Shown piece by piece: positions 17,576 to 27,710 of a stretch of DNA of 64,000 bases (its first letter is position 1; every line of letters begins with the position of its first letter). Location of the stretch: the NCBI GenBank assembly GCA_018303005.1, contig JAGVYY010000031.1, forward strand, positions 24,994 to 88,993, read 5' to 3'. The notes below the pieces were generated by a model, which had not been told where the DNA came from, ran no database searches, and was given only the letters and a program-made list of their open reading frames with translations. The DNA is from Candidatus Woesearchaeota archaeon (GTDB lineage: Archaea > Nanobdellota > Nanobdellia > SCGC-AAA011-G17 > GW2011-AR20). Position numbers and translations under genes: made by a program.

Positions 17576-18883
17576 ATGCTAGATATAAATATTATCAGAA
17601 ATTCTATTGATATAGTAAAAAAAGATTTGGAAAAAAGGAGAGACCAAGAAAAAGTAAAATGGCTAGACGACCTAATCAAAAAAGACAGACAGGTCTTGGA
17701 AATAAAAAAACAGATTGATGATCTCAGGCATGAGAGAAACATAACAAGCGAATCCATAAACAAGTTAAAAAAACAAGGAAAAGATGCAGGTACAGAAATA
17801 AAAAAAGCTAAGGAGATACCAGTAAGATTGAAAGAGTTAGAAGAAAAATACGCTCTTTTACAAGAAAAGATAAGATATTACATGATGCGAATTCCGAATA
17901 TTTTACATGAATCAGTCCCATGTGGGAAAGATGATACTGAAAACAAGGAAATAAGGAAATGGGGTAAGATACCAAAATTTAGTTTCGAATTAAAACCACA
18001 TGGTGAGTTGTTGGAAAAAATGGGTCTGGCAGATTTTCAGAGAGCAGCCAAAATATCCGGCACAGGTTTTTATTTTCTTAAAAAAGAACTTGCTTTGATG
18101 GATCTGGCTTTGCAGAGATTCGCAATTGATTTTCTAATGCAAAAGAGATTTATCCTTATAGAACCTCCATTGATGATGAACAAGGAGGCATATGAAGGTG
18201 TCACATCCTTGGATGATTTTGAGAACGTAATGTATAAAATTGATAAAGAAGATCTTTATATGATAGCAACATCAGAACATCCAATGGTTGCAATGCATAA
18301 AGATGAGTTATTTGAAGAAAAAGATCTTCCATTAAAATACGTCGGTTTTAGTCCATGTTTCAGGAAAGAAATCGGAAGCCATGGTGTTGACACAAGGGGA
18401 ATTTTTCGAGTTCATCAGTTCAATAAAATAGAACAAGTGGTATTTTGTAAACCAGAAGATTCATGGAAGCTCCATGAAGAATTGCAAAAAAATTCAGAGT
18501 TAATGCTACAAAAATTAAACATTCCTTATCATATTGTTTCAATCTGTACAGGAGACATAGGTATAGTGGCAGCCAAGAAATATGATATAGAGGCTTATTT
18601 TCCAAGGGAACAAAAATACAGAGAAGTGACATCCTGTAGCAATTGTACATCATATCAAGCAGTAAGGTTGAATATAAAATACAGGAAAGACAATGATAAA
18701 TTGTATGTACACACATTGAACAACACAGGCATAGCGACAGCAAGGGTTTTAAGAGCAATAATAGAAAATTACCAGCGGGAAGATGGAACAATAAATGTTC
18801 CCACAGTCTTACAGAAATACATGAATGGAATCAAAAAAATAGGGGAGCAAAATGATACTAGGAGAATTAGAAAGAAAGATTAA
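17576..18883 (+). CDS. serS: Serine--tRNA ligase
   Basis: MLDINIIR, ATSEHP, FRKEIG, FRVHQFNKIEQ, EVTSCSNCT, HTLNNT. Confidence 0.97.
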   Translation: MLDINIIRNSIDIVKKDLEKRRDQEKVKWLDDLIKKDRQVLEIKKQIDDLRHERNITSESINKLKKQGKDAGTEIKKAKEIPVRLKELEEKYALLQEKIRYYMMRIPNILHESVPCGKDDTENKEIRKWGKIPKFSFELKPHGELLEKMGLADFQRAAKISGTGFYFLKKELALMDLALQRFAIDFLMQKRFILIEPPLMMNKEAYEGVTSLDDFENVMYKIDKEDLYMIATSEHPMVAMHKDELFEEKDLPLKYVGFSPCFRKEIGSHGVDTRGIFRVHQFNKIEQVVFCKPEDSWKLHEELQKNSELMLQKLNIPYHIVSICTGDIGIVAAKKYDIEAYFPREQKYREVTSCSNCTSYQAVRLNIKYRKDNDKLYVHTLNNTGIATARVLRAIIENYQREDGTINVPTVLQKYMNGIKKIGEQNDTRRIRKKD

Positions 18884-19076
18884 TGATATGCACAAAACAG
18901 CAGATGAACTGACTGAATCGACAAAGATTGCTATCGATTCTTTAAAAATTGAAGGCGACAAGAGAAAAGCAATGGTACACTTAAAACAGGTAATCTTAAA
19001 GACATCAACACTGAAAGACCAGGTAACGCTGCTTGACAAACATATTAAAGATTATTATAAAACAATGAATAAGTAA
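18852..19076 (+). CDS. Hypothetical helical protein
   Basis: 74-aa ORF overlapping the serS end. Confidence 0.5.
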   Translation: MILGELERKINDMHKTADELTESTKIAIDSLKIEGDKRKAMVHLKQVILKTSTLKDQVTLLDKHIKDYYKTMNK

Positions 19077-19211
19077 GATGGCAAAGAAAAGAGCACAATC
19101 TAGATGTTTACAATAAGGATCTCTGGAAGAATTAGAAGAGGCAGATGAGATAGATGAGCTCGAACAGGGATTCATGGAAGGATATGATAAAGCAGGTAAA
19201 AATAAAAAAAC

Positions 19212-19361
19212 CTAAGAGAAAGAAAGATTAGATTTTCCTGTAGTGCATGTTGAGCAGATCCCTTTTTGACTATTATGATAAACACAAACTGAAGCCCCAC
19301 ATTTAAGGCATTTAAATCTCGCAATGTTATTGCAATATAAACATTTTTGTAGCAATTCCAT
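19212..19361 (-). CDS. Small Cys-rich zinc-finger protein (49 aa)
   Basis: Manual translation MELLQKCLYCNNIARFKCLKCGASVCVYHNSQKGICSTCTTGKSNLSFS. Confidence 0.65.
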   Translation of the reverse strand: MELLQKCLYCNNIARFKCLKCGASVCVYHNSQKGICSTCTTGKSNLSFS

Positions 19362-19478
19362 TTTCCTGATGAATGATAAAGATATATAAATCTTGATATA
19401 AATATTAATAGTTTGTTATACTATTTAATAGTAATAAAATAGGAAAATTTTATAAACCCCTAATTTAATATATACAAA

Positions 19479-20003
19479 ATGAAAATATTGGCTGCTTCAG
19501 ACATACATGGAGATATCAATTTACAGTCAACTGCAGGCATAATAGGGCCGTTTGTAAAAAGAAATAAGAAAGTTCTCTTGATACCTGGAAATCATGAAAC
19601 TCCTGCAACAGCAGATTTCTTAGCAGAGTTGTATGGTGCTGTTAATCTACATGGCTACTCTTATAAAATGAAAGATATTGGTTTGTTCGGCTGCGGTTCA
19701 GCAAATATAGGACACTTTCAACTGTCAGAGGCTGAAATTTTTGACTTGCTTAAAAAAAGTTATAAATATATAAAAGATTCAAAGAAGAAGATAATGGTAA
19801 CACATGTCCATCCGAAAGGTTCAAGCATGGAAAGACTTACGAACTTTTTTCCAGGAAGTTCAGGTGTTACAAAAGCAATAAGAGAGCTTAAACCCGATCT
19901 TCTTTTATGCGGTCATGTGCATGAAGCAGAAGGTATAGAAGAGAAAATTGATAATACATTAGTAATAAACGTTGGCAGGAACGGAAAAATAATAGAGATC
20001 TAA
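19479..20003 (+). CDS. Metallophosphoesterase, apparently lacking the second (GD) motif segment
   Basis: SDIHGD, IPGNHE, VTHVHP, CGHVHE. Confidence 0.8.
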   Translation: MKILAASDIHGDINLQSTAGIIGPFVKRNKKVLLIPGNHETPATADFLAELYGAVNLHGYSYKMKDIGLFGCGSANIGHFQLSEAEIFDLLKKSYKYIKDSKKKIMVTHVHPKGSSMERLTNFFPGSSGVTKAIRELKPDLLLCGHVHEAEGIEEKIDNTLVINVGRNGKIIEI

Positions 20004-20005
20004 CA

Positions 20006-22042
20006 ATGACATATGAATTAATAATAGCAGAGAAAACAGATGCTGCTAAAAGGATTGCAGAAGCTTTGGCAGATATTAAAGCAGAGAAGAAAGTTACAAA
20101 TAAAATTCCATATTTTGAATTATCCCATGATGGAAAAAAGATTGTTGTTGCATCTGCAGTCGGTCACTTATTTGTCTTGGCAGAAAATAAAAAAACACAA
20201 GATTATCCAAATTTTGATATTTCTTGGCAGCCTAGTTATAAAGTCTTCAAAAAAAGTTATTTTACAAAAAATTATCTTGATCTATTAACGCAGTTATCAA
20301 AAAATGCTTCCTCTTATGTAATTGCATGCGATTATGATACAGAAGGCGAAGTAATCGGTAGAAATGTCTTAAAATTCATTTGTGAGAAATCTAATGCAAA
20401 AAGAATGAAATTCTCAACATTAACAAAAGAAGAGTTGTTTGACTCTTATAAAAATGCTTCAAAATCAATAGATTTAAAATTAGTTGAGGCAGGAGAAGCA
20501 AGACATTATCTGGATAACTATTGGGGTTTGAACTCCAGTAAAGCATTAACTTTAGCAATTAAAAATTCCGGTATGTTTAAGCTTCTATCTTCAGGCAGGG
20601 TACAAAGCCCAATCCTTACATTAATAGCGCATAAGGAAGAACAGATTGAATCTTTTATTCCAAAGCAATACTGGCAGTTATTGGCAAAAATCAACATAAA
20701 AGATCAGCTAATTGAAGCATTACACCAGGAGGATAAATTTTGGGATAAAAAACAGGCGAGTTTGATATATAAAAAATGTAAAGATAAAGATGCAACTGTA
20801 AAAGAGATAAAGAAAAGAGAGTACAATACAAACCCACCAACACCTTTTAATATTACCTCATTGCAAACAGAATCTTATAAGAATTTTGGATTTTCTCCTA
20901 AACAGACTCTGGATATTGCTGAAAGGCTCTATTTAAGCGCTCATATCAGTTATCCAAGAACTTCGTCAGAAAAATTGCCTCAAACAATAGACTATAAAAA
21001 AATAATAAAAAGCCTGTCTTCTATTAAGGATTTAAACAAAAATGCCGTGCTCTTATTACAGAAACAACATTTAAAACCAAATGAAGGAACAAAAACAGAT
21101 CCGGCACATATCGCAGTTTACCCAACAGCAAATATTCCCAATATAATAAAGCTAAATGAACAAGAAAAAAAGATATATATGTTGATTGCAAAAAGATTTT
21201 TGGCAGTGTTTGCAGATCCAGCATTAAGAGAATCCATGGAGATAAAATTTGATATCAACAATGAAATATTTAAGGCATCAGGTTCAAGGACAATAAATCC
21301 GGGATGGATGTCATTTTATGCACCGTATGTAAAATTTAAAGAAGTTCAACTACCAGAAACAAAAGAAAATGAAAAACATACTGTTAAAGACCTGATATTG
21401 AAAGAGGATAAAACAAAACCTCCTGCACGTTACACCCAAGGTTCTATAATCTCCGAAATGGATGAAAAAAATCTTGGAACAAGGGCAACAAGGGCCCAAA
21501 TATTGCAGATATTATACGATAGATACTACATTGAAGATAAAAGTATAAAAATAACAGAGATTGGAAAATCAGTTATCAAAGTTTTAGAGAAATATGTCCC
21601 GGAGTTAGTTTCAGAAGATCTGACAAGGCAATTTGAACTTGAATTAGAGCAGATACAGGAATCAAGAACAACAGAAGAAGAAGTTATTGAAAAAGCAAAA
21701 CAACTATTAACAAAAATATTTGTCAATTTCAAAAAACATGAAAAAAATATAGGAAAGCATTTAGTTGAAGCATTAAAAGAGACACAAGACAAAGCATCTA
21801 TCTTGGGAAAATGCCCTGTATGTATGGAAGGAGATCTAAGGATATTGTTCTCAAGAAAAACAAAAAAGAAGTTTGTTGCGTGTAATAAATATCCGGAATG
21901 CAAAACAACTTACAGTTTAACTTCAGGAAAGGTAATACCCACAGGCGAGACATGCCAATATTGTAAAACACCACTAATAAAGGTGCAAAGAACAGGAAAA
22001 AGGCCGTTTAAGAATCAAAGAAGAAAAATGAGACATGATTAA
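20006..22042 (+). CDS. topA: Type IA DNA topoisomerase
   Basis: IIAEK, AVGHL, ACDYDTEGE, SSGRVQSP, ISYPRT, C-terminal Zn ribbons. Confidence 0.95.
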   Translation: MTYELIIAEKTDAAKRIAEALADIKAEKKVTNKIPYFELSHDGKKIVVASAVGHLFVLAENKKTQDYPNFDISWQPSYKVFKKSYFTKNYLDLLTQLSKNASSYVIACDYDTEGEVIGRNVLKFICEKSNAKRMKFSTLTKEELFDSYKNASKSIDLKLVEAGEARHYLDNYWGLNSSKALTLAIKNSGMFKLLSSGRVQSPILTLIAHKEEQIESFIPKQYWQLLAKINIKDQLIEALHQEDKFWDKKQASLIYKKCKDKDATVKEIKKREYNTNPPTPFNITSLQTESYKNFGFSPKQTLDIAERLYLSAHISYPRTSSEKLPQTIDYKKIIKSLSSIKDLNKNAVLLLQKQHLKPNEGTKTDPAHIAVYPTANIPNIIKLNEQEKKIYMLIAKRFLAVFADPALRESMEIKFDINNEIFKASGSRTINPGWMSFYAPYVKFKEVQLPETKENEKHTVKDLILKEDKTKPPARYTQGSIISEMDEKNLGTRATRAQILQILYDRYYIEDKSIKITEIGKSVIKVLEKYVPELVSEDLTRQFELELEQIQESRTTEEEVIEKAKQLLTKIFVNFKKHEKNIGKHLVEALKETQDKASILGKCPVCMEGDLRILFSRKTKKKFVACNKYPECKTTYSLTSGKVIPTGETCQYCKTPLIKVQRTGKRPFKNQRRKMRHD

Positions 22043-22048
22043 TACAAC

Positions 22049-22831
22049 TTAAAAAGCATAATTTATAACATCCTCAATATGGTCAACTTCTTTTATTGTT
22101 AGGTTTTTTTCCTGTTTAAAATAATCTACCAAATCAATTGTTTTTGGGACAAGCACTACTTTTTTTGCTTTTGTATTGCCGGAGTCTACTGTTTTTATTT
22201 GTCTCTCATAGTATGCAAACTTGCCCTGCCCTTTAGGTATCAGGAACAAGGTTAGGTTATTATCTGCAACAGCATCTGCTTTTTCTATAACTCCACCAAT
22301 CTGCCCTATTCTTCCGTCAGGTAAAATAGCTCCAGTAGCCACAACATTTTTAACTTTCTTTCCATTAATTGCTGATAGAACAGCCAGGGTCATTGCAGTT
22401 CCTGCGCTAGGGCCTCCAATAATACCGCTGTTTTCCGTATTTACATTAGGCATCTCAAAATCAATAATGACATTCACATTCCCTAGATCAACGCCAGTAA
22501 TGTTTTTTGCAACATTAACAGCAGTTATAGCACTCAATTGGGTATCAGGTTCGACAAAAGGGTTTGTGTTAACCAGGATTTTCCCTTCTCCTTCTTCAAT
22601 GTCAACATTGACTTTCCCGATAATACCAAAACCATTACTACCGACAGCAACAATATTGGCACTGCCATCTGTCTTTTTCATATCATTCTTTATGCCAAAA
22701 ACATCTGTATACAATCCAGGAATATCTGCTTTGTTGTCATTATTGTAGAAAACAAAAACACCAATCAAGAAGCCAATTAATAAAATTAGGATATAACTCC
22801 AAAAAATCTTATTCTTGTTTAGTTTTGTCAT
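22049..22831 (-). CDS. Membrane-anchored S16 (Lon-like) serine protease
   Basis: N-terminal TM; GGPSAG, ATGAILPDGRIGQIGGVIEK. Confidence 0.88.
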   Translation of the reverse strand: MTKLNKNKIFWSYILILLIGFLIGVFVFYNNDNKADIPGLYTDVFGIKNDMKKTDGSANIVAVGSNGFGIIGKVNVDIEEGEGKILVNTNPFVEPDTQLSAITAVNVAKNITGVDLGNVNVIIDFEMPNVNTENSGIIGGPSAGTAMTLAVLSAINGKKVKNVVATGAILPDGRIGQIGGVIEKADAVADNNLTLFLIPKGQGKFAYYERQIKTVDSGNTKAKKVVLVPKTIDLVDYFKQEKNLTIKEVDHIEDVINYAF

Positions 22832-23450
22832 TATAAATTTCTATTCCACTCCCAATAATATTAAACAGAATCTCTTTTTTTATAGACTTCTCGATTATAA
22901 GACGTCTAAAACCACGTTCATTTACCAGCCTTATCTGTATATTACAAAAGTTTTTAAAAATATCCTCTCCCACCATATTTATTTTTTTATCATTTATATT
23001 ATAGTATACTTGATTTGTCAGCAGAACAGGTGTTTTTCTGGCTAAAATTTTTAAATGTCTCATCTGTTTTATCATCATTGCCCTTGCCAAATCTTTCTTT
23101 TTGCTTAAGAGAATTCTAAAGAAATTTGAAATTGAGTCCATGACAATTAAAGAAATGCTTTTAATATCATCTTCGTTTAGATGCAGTATCTGCCTATGCT
23201 GCCCATTAAAACTTTTAACTTTTATGTATATAAGATTATCCAGATACTTAACATAGTCCTTCCCTGCAATTTGTATGAATCTTTCCAATGAAAAGCTGTT
23301 TTCTGTATCAATAAACAAGACCCTTTTTCCTTGCCTGAGAATTTCAAAAGACTTCACAAGCATAAAGCAGGTTTTTCCAGTACCTCCTTCTCCATAAAGT
23401 ACGGAAATGCCTTTTTCAGGGTTTAAAATATGATTAAGTTTATCTTCCAT
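22809..23450 (-). CDS. radB: RadB recombination protein
   Basis: YGEGGTGKT, FIDTENSFSLERF, VMDSIS, LLTNQVY. Confidence 0.88.
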   Translation of the reverse strand: MEDKLNHILNPEKGISVLYGEGGTGKTCFMLVKSFEILRQGKRVLFIDTENSFSLERFIQIAGKDYVKYLDNLIYIKVKSFNGQHRQILHLNEDDIKSISLIVMDSISNFFRILLSKKKDLARAMMIKQMRHLKILARKTPVLLTNQVYYNINDKKINMVGEDIFKNFCNIQIRLVNERGFRRLIIEKSIKKEILFNIIGSGIEIYNDKTKQE

Positions 23451-23643
23451 CTTATTATTCTTATTGCAAATGCATATAAGGTCATTTAAAAGAATTTTTA
23501 TATATAAAGTTATAAAATCTATCTTGTTGAATAACACTTTTTGTGCAAAACGAGTAGTTATTGTGCAGAATTGAATATTTGTGCAAAGCCTTCTCAATCC
23601 AAAGATTTATATACATGATGTATACACACAAAGTATACACAAA

Positions 23644-24003
23644 ATGGAAGATGTATTTAACACAACTATATTATGTAATAATTGTAATCAAGCAACAAAA
23701 AAATCTTATATTAATAAAGATGGCTTTAAGATAAGGACAATGCAGTGCGATTCATGCAAGAAAGAATGGTATCATCCCGGAGACATGCAGGATTATGAAA
23801 ATTTTTCAAGATTAAGAAATAAGTGTTTTCAGGTAAAATTAAGATATGTTGGAAATTCATACGCTATCTCAATCCCAAGAGAGATTATACAATTTGAAGA
23901 AGAGATGCAGCGTGAAATAAATGAGATGATTCAGATGTCTTTAGAAAGCCCTGAAAGAGTAAGCATAACATTTTCAAAAAAAATAAAACACATACTAAAA
24001 TAA
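23644..24003 (+). CDS. Zn-ribbon plus AbrB-like regulator
   Basis: CNNC...CDSC; VKLRYVGNSYAISIPREII. Confidence 0.75.
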   Translation: MEDVFNTTILCNNCNQATKKSYINKDGFKIRTMQCDSCKKEWYHPGDMQDYENFSRLRNKCFQVKLRYVGNSYAISIPREIIQFEEEMQREINEMIQMSLESPERVSITFSKKIKHILK

Positions 24004-24004
24004 A

Positions 24005-26440
24005 ATGACACAAGAAAAAGATGTAAGGCTAAAAGTAATGGAGGCTTTGCAGGAAGAAGCTTACAGAGGTACTGTTAGAATAGACTCTGAAACAATGCAT
24101 AAAATAGGAGTTCATCCAGGTGATGTTGTCTCAATAGAGGGTGGTAGAGAAACAGTTGGAATTGTAGACAGAGCATACCCAACAGATGTTGGTCAAGAGG
24201 TTATAAGGATGGATGGAATCCTAAGGAGAAACGCAAAAACAGGCATAGGCGAACATGTGAAAGTAAGAAAAGCAGATGTAAAAGAAGCACGCTCAATCAC
24301 AATTGCTCCTGCACAAAAAGGTGTAATGATCAGGGCAGATCCAGAGCTATTTAAAAGAGCACTTATAAACAGAGCAGTTGTTAAAGACGATATAATTGTT
24401 CCAAGCAATACGAGAAGGCGTAGAAGACAACTCCCGGATTCTCCATTGTTTGATAATGATGTGTTTTCAATATTCGAAGAGTCTTTTACAGGAGCATTTG
24501 GTTTGTCAGGATTAAGATTTATAGTAGTTCAAACAACACCTCTAAAAACACCAGTACTAATAACAGAATCAACTAATGTAGTCCTAAACCCAAAAGCAGT
24601 TGAAATATCAGATGAAAAGATACCAGAGGTTACTTACGAGGATATCGGGGGTTTGAAAGAAGAGATAAAGAAGATAAGGGAAATGGTTGAATTACCCCTA
24701 AAGCATCCAGAGATATTTGAGCGTTTAGGCATAGAACCTCCAAAAGGTGTTTTGCTTCATGGCCCTCCCGGAACAGGTAAAACTCTGTTAGCTAAAGCAG
24801 TAGCAAATGAAGTTGAGGCAAATTTTATGGTAGTGAATGGCCCTGAAATTCTTAATAAATTTTATGGAGAGTCAGAAAAAAAGATTCGCGACATATTTGA
24901 TGAAGCTGAAAAAAATTCACCAACAATAATATTCTTTGATGAGATTGATGCAATTGCTCCAAAAAGAGAAGAATCCTATGGTGAATTAGAAAAAAGAGTT
25001 GTAAGCCAATTGCTTGCACAAATGGATGGACTAAAATCAAGAGGCAAAGTAATTGTTGTAGCAGCAACTAATAGACCAAATTCAATAGATCCTGCATTAA
25101 GAAGACCGGGAAGATTTGACAGAGAAATTTCTATAGGTGTTCCAAATAAAAAAGGTCGCTTGAATATATTAAAAATTCACACAAGAAACATGCCTTTGGC
25201 AAATGATGTTGCATTATTAAAAATATCTGAAATAACACATGGTTTTGTTGGGGCTGATCTTTCTGCATTATGTAAGGAAGCAGCCATGAATGTTTTAAGA
25301 AGGATATTACCGGATTTAAAATTAGGGGAGAAAGAAGAAATTCCAAAAGAGATCTTAGATAAATTAGTTGTAACAGGTAAAGATTTTAAAGAGGCTTTAA
25401 AATTGGTAAGACCAAGTGCAATGAGAGAAGTTTTAGTAGAGACACCAAATATTAAATGGGAAGACATAGGGGGATTGGAAAAATTAAAGCAGGAATTAAA
25501 AGAAGCTGTTAATTGGCCTATTAAATATCCGGGAATGTTTAAAAGAATAGGAATAAGAGCACCAAAGGGAATTTTAATGTATGGTCCTCCCGGAACAGGT
25601 AAAACTCTGTTAGCTAAAGCAGTAGCAAATGAATCAGAAGCTAATTTTATCCTAGTCAAAGGCCCGGAATTATTGAATAAATTCGTAGGAGAAAGTGAAA
25701 AAGGTGTAAAAAAAGTGTTTGAGAGAGCAAGACAAGTCTCTCCATGCATAATTTTCTTCGATGAAATAGATGCACTTGCTCCAAGAAGAGGTCTTGATGC
25801 AGGAAATCAGGTTACAGAAAGAGTTGTTAATACTTTATTGGCTGAGATTGATGGTCTGGAAGAATTAAATGATGTTGTAGTCATTGCAGCAAGTAATAGG
25901 CCCGACATTCTTGATCCAGCATTATTAAGGCCCGGAAGATTTGATAGACTATTGTTAACACCACCACCTGAAAGAAAAGGCAGATTAGAAATTTTCAAGA
26001 TTCACACAAAGGGCATGCCAATAAAAATTAGTAAGGAAGATATAAAAGAAATTGAAGAACAGTTTAAATATCATAAGATAAATATTGCATCAAAAATGGC
26101 TTCTGACGAACCAGTAGATAATTCTGACATTAAAAAAGAAACAAAGATTAATTTTCAAGGTTTACCGGACCGAGATAAATTCCATTATTATCTGGCAGAG
26201 AAAACAGAAGGTTATGTCGGGGCTGATATAGAAGGTGTTTGTAATGAAGCAGGAATATTGGCATTAAGAGAAGATATTAAAGCAACAGAAGTGAGAAAAA
26301 AACATTTTGACGAAGCTCTAATAAAAGTAAAACCTTCAATTTCAAAAGAGGCAATGGATCATTATACTTCAATGGAAGAAACTTATTTGAGAAATGCCAA
26401 AGCAGGGCTTGCTAAAGAAATACCAAGTTATATGGGTTGA
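24005..26440 (+). CDS. cdc48: CDC48/VCP AAA+ ATPase
   Basis: N-domain plus two AAA modules [22 protein letters not shown]. Confidence 0.97.
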   Translation: MTQEKDVRLKVMEALQEEAYRGTVRIDSETMHKIGVHPGDVVSIEGGRETVGIVDRAYPTDVGQEVIRMDGILRRNAKTGIGEHVKVRKADVKEARSITIAPAQKGVMIRADPELFKRALINRAVVKDDIIVPSNTRRRRRQLPDSPLFDNDVFSIFEESFTGAFGLSGLRFIVVQTTPLKTPVLITESTNVVLNPKAVEISDEKIPEVTYEDIGGLKEEIKKIREMVELPLKHPEIFERLGIEPPKGVLLHGPPGTGKTLLAKAVANEVEANFMVVNGPEILNKFYGESEKKIRDIFDEAEKNSPTIIFFDEIDAIAPKREESYGELEKRVVSQLLAQMDGLKSRGKVIVVAATNRPNSIDPALRRPGRFDREISIGVPNKKGRLNILKIHTRNMPLANDVALLKISEITHGFVGADLSALCKEAAMNVLRRILPDLKLGEKEEIPKEILDKLVVTGKDFKEALKLVRPSAMREVLVETPNIKWEDIGGLEKLKQELKEAVNWPIKYPGMFKRIGIRAPKGILMYGPPGTGKTLLAKAVANESEANFILVKGPELLNKFVGESEKGVKKVFERARQVSPCIIFFDEIDALAPRRGLDAGNQVTERVVNTLLAEIDGLEELNDVVVIAASNRPDILDPALLRPGRFDRLLLTPPPERKGRLEIFKIHTKGMPIKISKEDIKEIEEQFKYHKINIASKMASDEPVDNSDIKKETKINFQGLPDRDKFHYYLAEKTEGYVGADIEGVCNEAGILALREDIKATEVRKKHFDEALIKVKPSISKEAMDHYTSMEETYLRNAKAGLAKEIPSYMG

Positions 26441-26528
26441 TATTATCTACTCTAAAATAGTAAAAATAGAAAGGTTTATAAATAAAGAAATTCTAAAATA
26501 ATTAGTTAAATTGGAGGTTTAAATAAAA

Positions 26529-27398
26529 ATGAAACTAACACAGGGACAACCACTAATTCAGGTAAATGTTCCATATATATTTCAGGCTCAATATGATGAG
26601 CCAGGAAGAGAAGCAGTTAAGAAAATATTATCAGATTATAAAAATACAAATATAAGGTCTTTCAACCAGTTTCTGGAAAAAGGGCCTATAAAGGGAAGCA
26701 ATCCTTATTTTAGATTTGCTTTGGGAAATGCTTATAGGGAATTAACAAATCAAGATGTTCTCCCAATAAATCCTAAAGAAAGTGAAATAGCATTGGCAAA
26801 TAATACTTTAACAAATCCAGGAGAAACTTATGAAGAATTAGGATTATTAGTTTACTCTAATAAAGGCTATAATCTAGTATTATGGCAGCATCTAAGAGAA
26901 ATAGCAAAAACACAATACAAAGATTCTGTAGACCTAGAAATACCATTTGTAGTTACAGGCTTAATGAAACCGGTAAAAGATGATAAATTTGAAGATGGTT
27001 TAAGATTAGACACGATAGATGGATTAACATTAATGTACAATGTTCCAATATTAGCTCAAAGAACTAACAGATTTGATTCAGTTAATAAATTTGATTCAGA
27101 AGATCCAGAGTTACAAAGAACAGGATTTCCTGGTAAATTAGGAGAAGGTAATAGAATTCTATTCACACAAAATAATGGTGTCCATAGGTTGATTCGTGGT
27201 GGCGAGGGCTTGTATCTGTATGCTAGATATGGGAATCTTGTTACCATGCATGACGATTGTAGGATACATCTCGTCGCAAAAAATTCCAGTAGAAATCTTG
27301 ATGAATTAGTGCAACAGCTAGAACAGGAAAAGTTAAAACAACAACAAGAGTTAGAAACAAGATATAACCAAGCTCTTGAAATTTTAAAGAAAAGATAA
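26529..27398 (+). CDS. DGR target protein with variable repeat near the C-terminus and coiled-coil tail
   Basis: GVHRLIRGGEGLYLYARYGNLVTMHDDCRIHLV region aligns with the downstream TR; SD ggagg. Confidence 0.8.
   Translation: MKLTQGQPLIQVNVPYIFQAQYDEPGREAVKKILSDYKNTNIRSFNQFLEKGPIKGSNPYFRFALGNAYRELTNQDVLPINPKESEIALANNTLTNPGETYEELGLLVYSNKGYNLVLWQHLREIAKTQYKDSVDLEIPFVVTGLMKPVKDDKFEDGLRLDTIDGLTLMYNVPILAQRTNRFDSVNKFDSEDPELQRTGFPGKLGEGNRILFTQNNGVHRLIRGGEGLYLYARYGNLVTMHDDCRIHLVAKNSSRNLDELVQQLEQEKLKQQQELETRYNQALEILKKR
27177..27266 (+). repeat. DGR variable repeat (VR)
   Basis: Aligns to 27573-27686 with differences enriched at TR adenines. Confidence 0.8.
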
Positions 27399-27572
27399 TC
27401 TTAAAAGATAATCTTAAATATACTCTTTCATTTCTATTTTTACCTAGGCTTAGTCTAGGCCACAGGCTTACCCATAGTGCTATTTAAAATAGCCATGAAA
27501 TACAACTGATTATCTTTTGATAGAGAGATAATAAAAAGCAGTGAATGATATAAGAGTGGGCAAGCTATATCT

Positions 27573-27686
27573 GGTGTCCATAGGTTGGTTCATAGTAGGA
27601 ACTTGAATCTGAATGCTAGGTATGAGAATCTTGTTAACTCGAAATTTTCAGTTAGAAAAGAAAACGAAAATGACACCGGTAGAATG
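27573..27686 (+). repeat. DGR template repeat (TR) with 27-nt insertion
   Basis: ggtgtccataggttg...aacttgaatctgaatgct...aac tcg [insert] aat gac acc ggt aga; AAY-rich; immediately upstream of RT. Confidence 0.8.
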
Positions 27687-27710
27687 ACATAGACTAAGCT
27701 AGGTTTTATT

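Noticed and set aside
19078-19215. Small acidic protein (...DEIDELEQGFMEGY)
   Set aside because: Looks like a real family but has an in-frame stop; too uncertain to call.
27400-27570. avd accessory gene
   Set aside because: No ORF of suitable length or four-helix-bundle pattern between target and TR.
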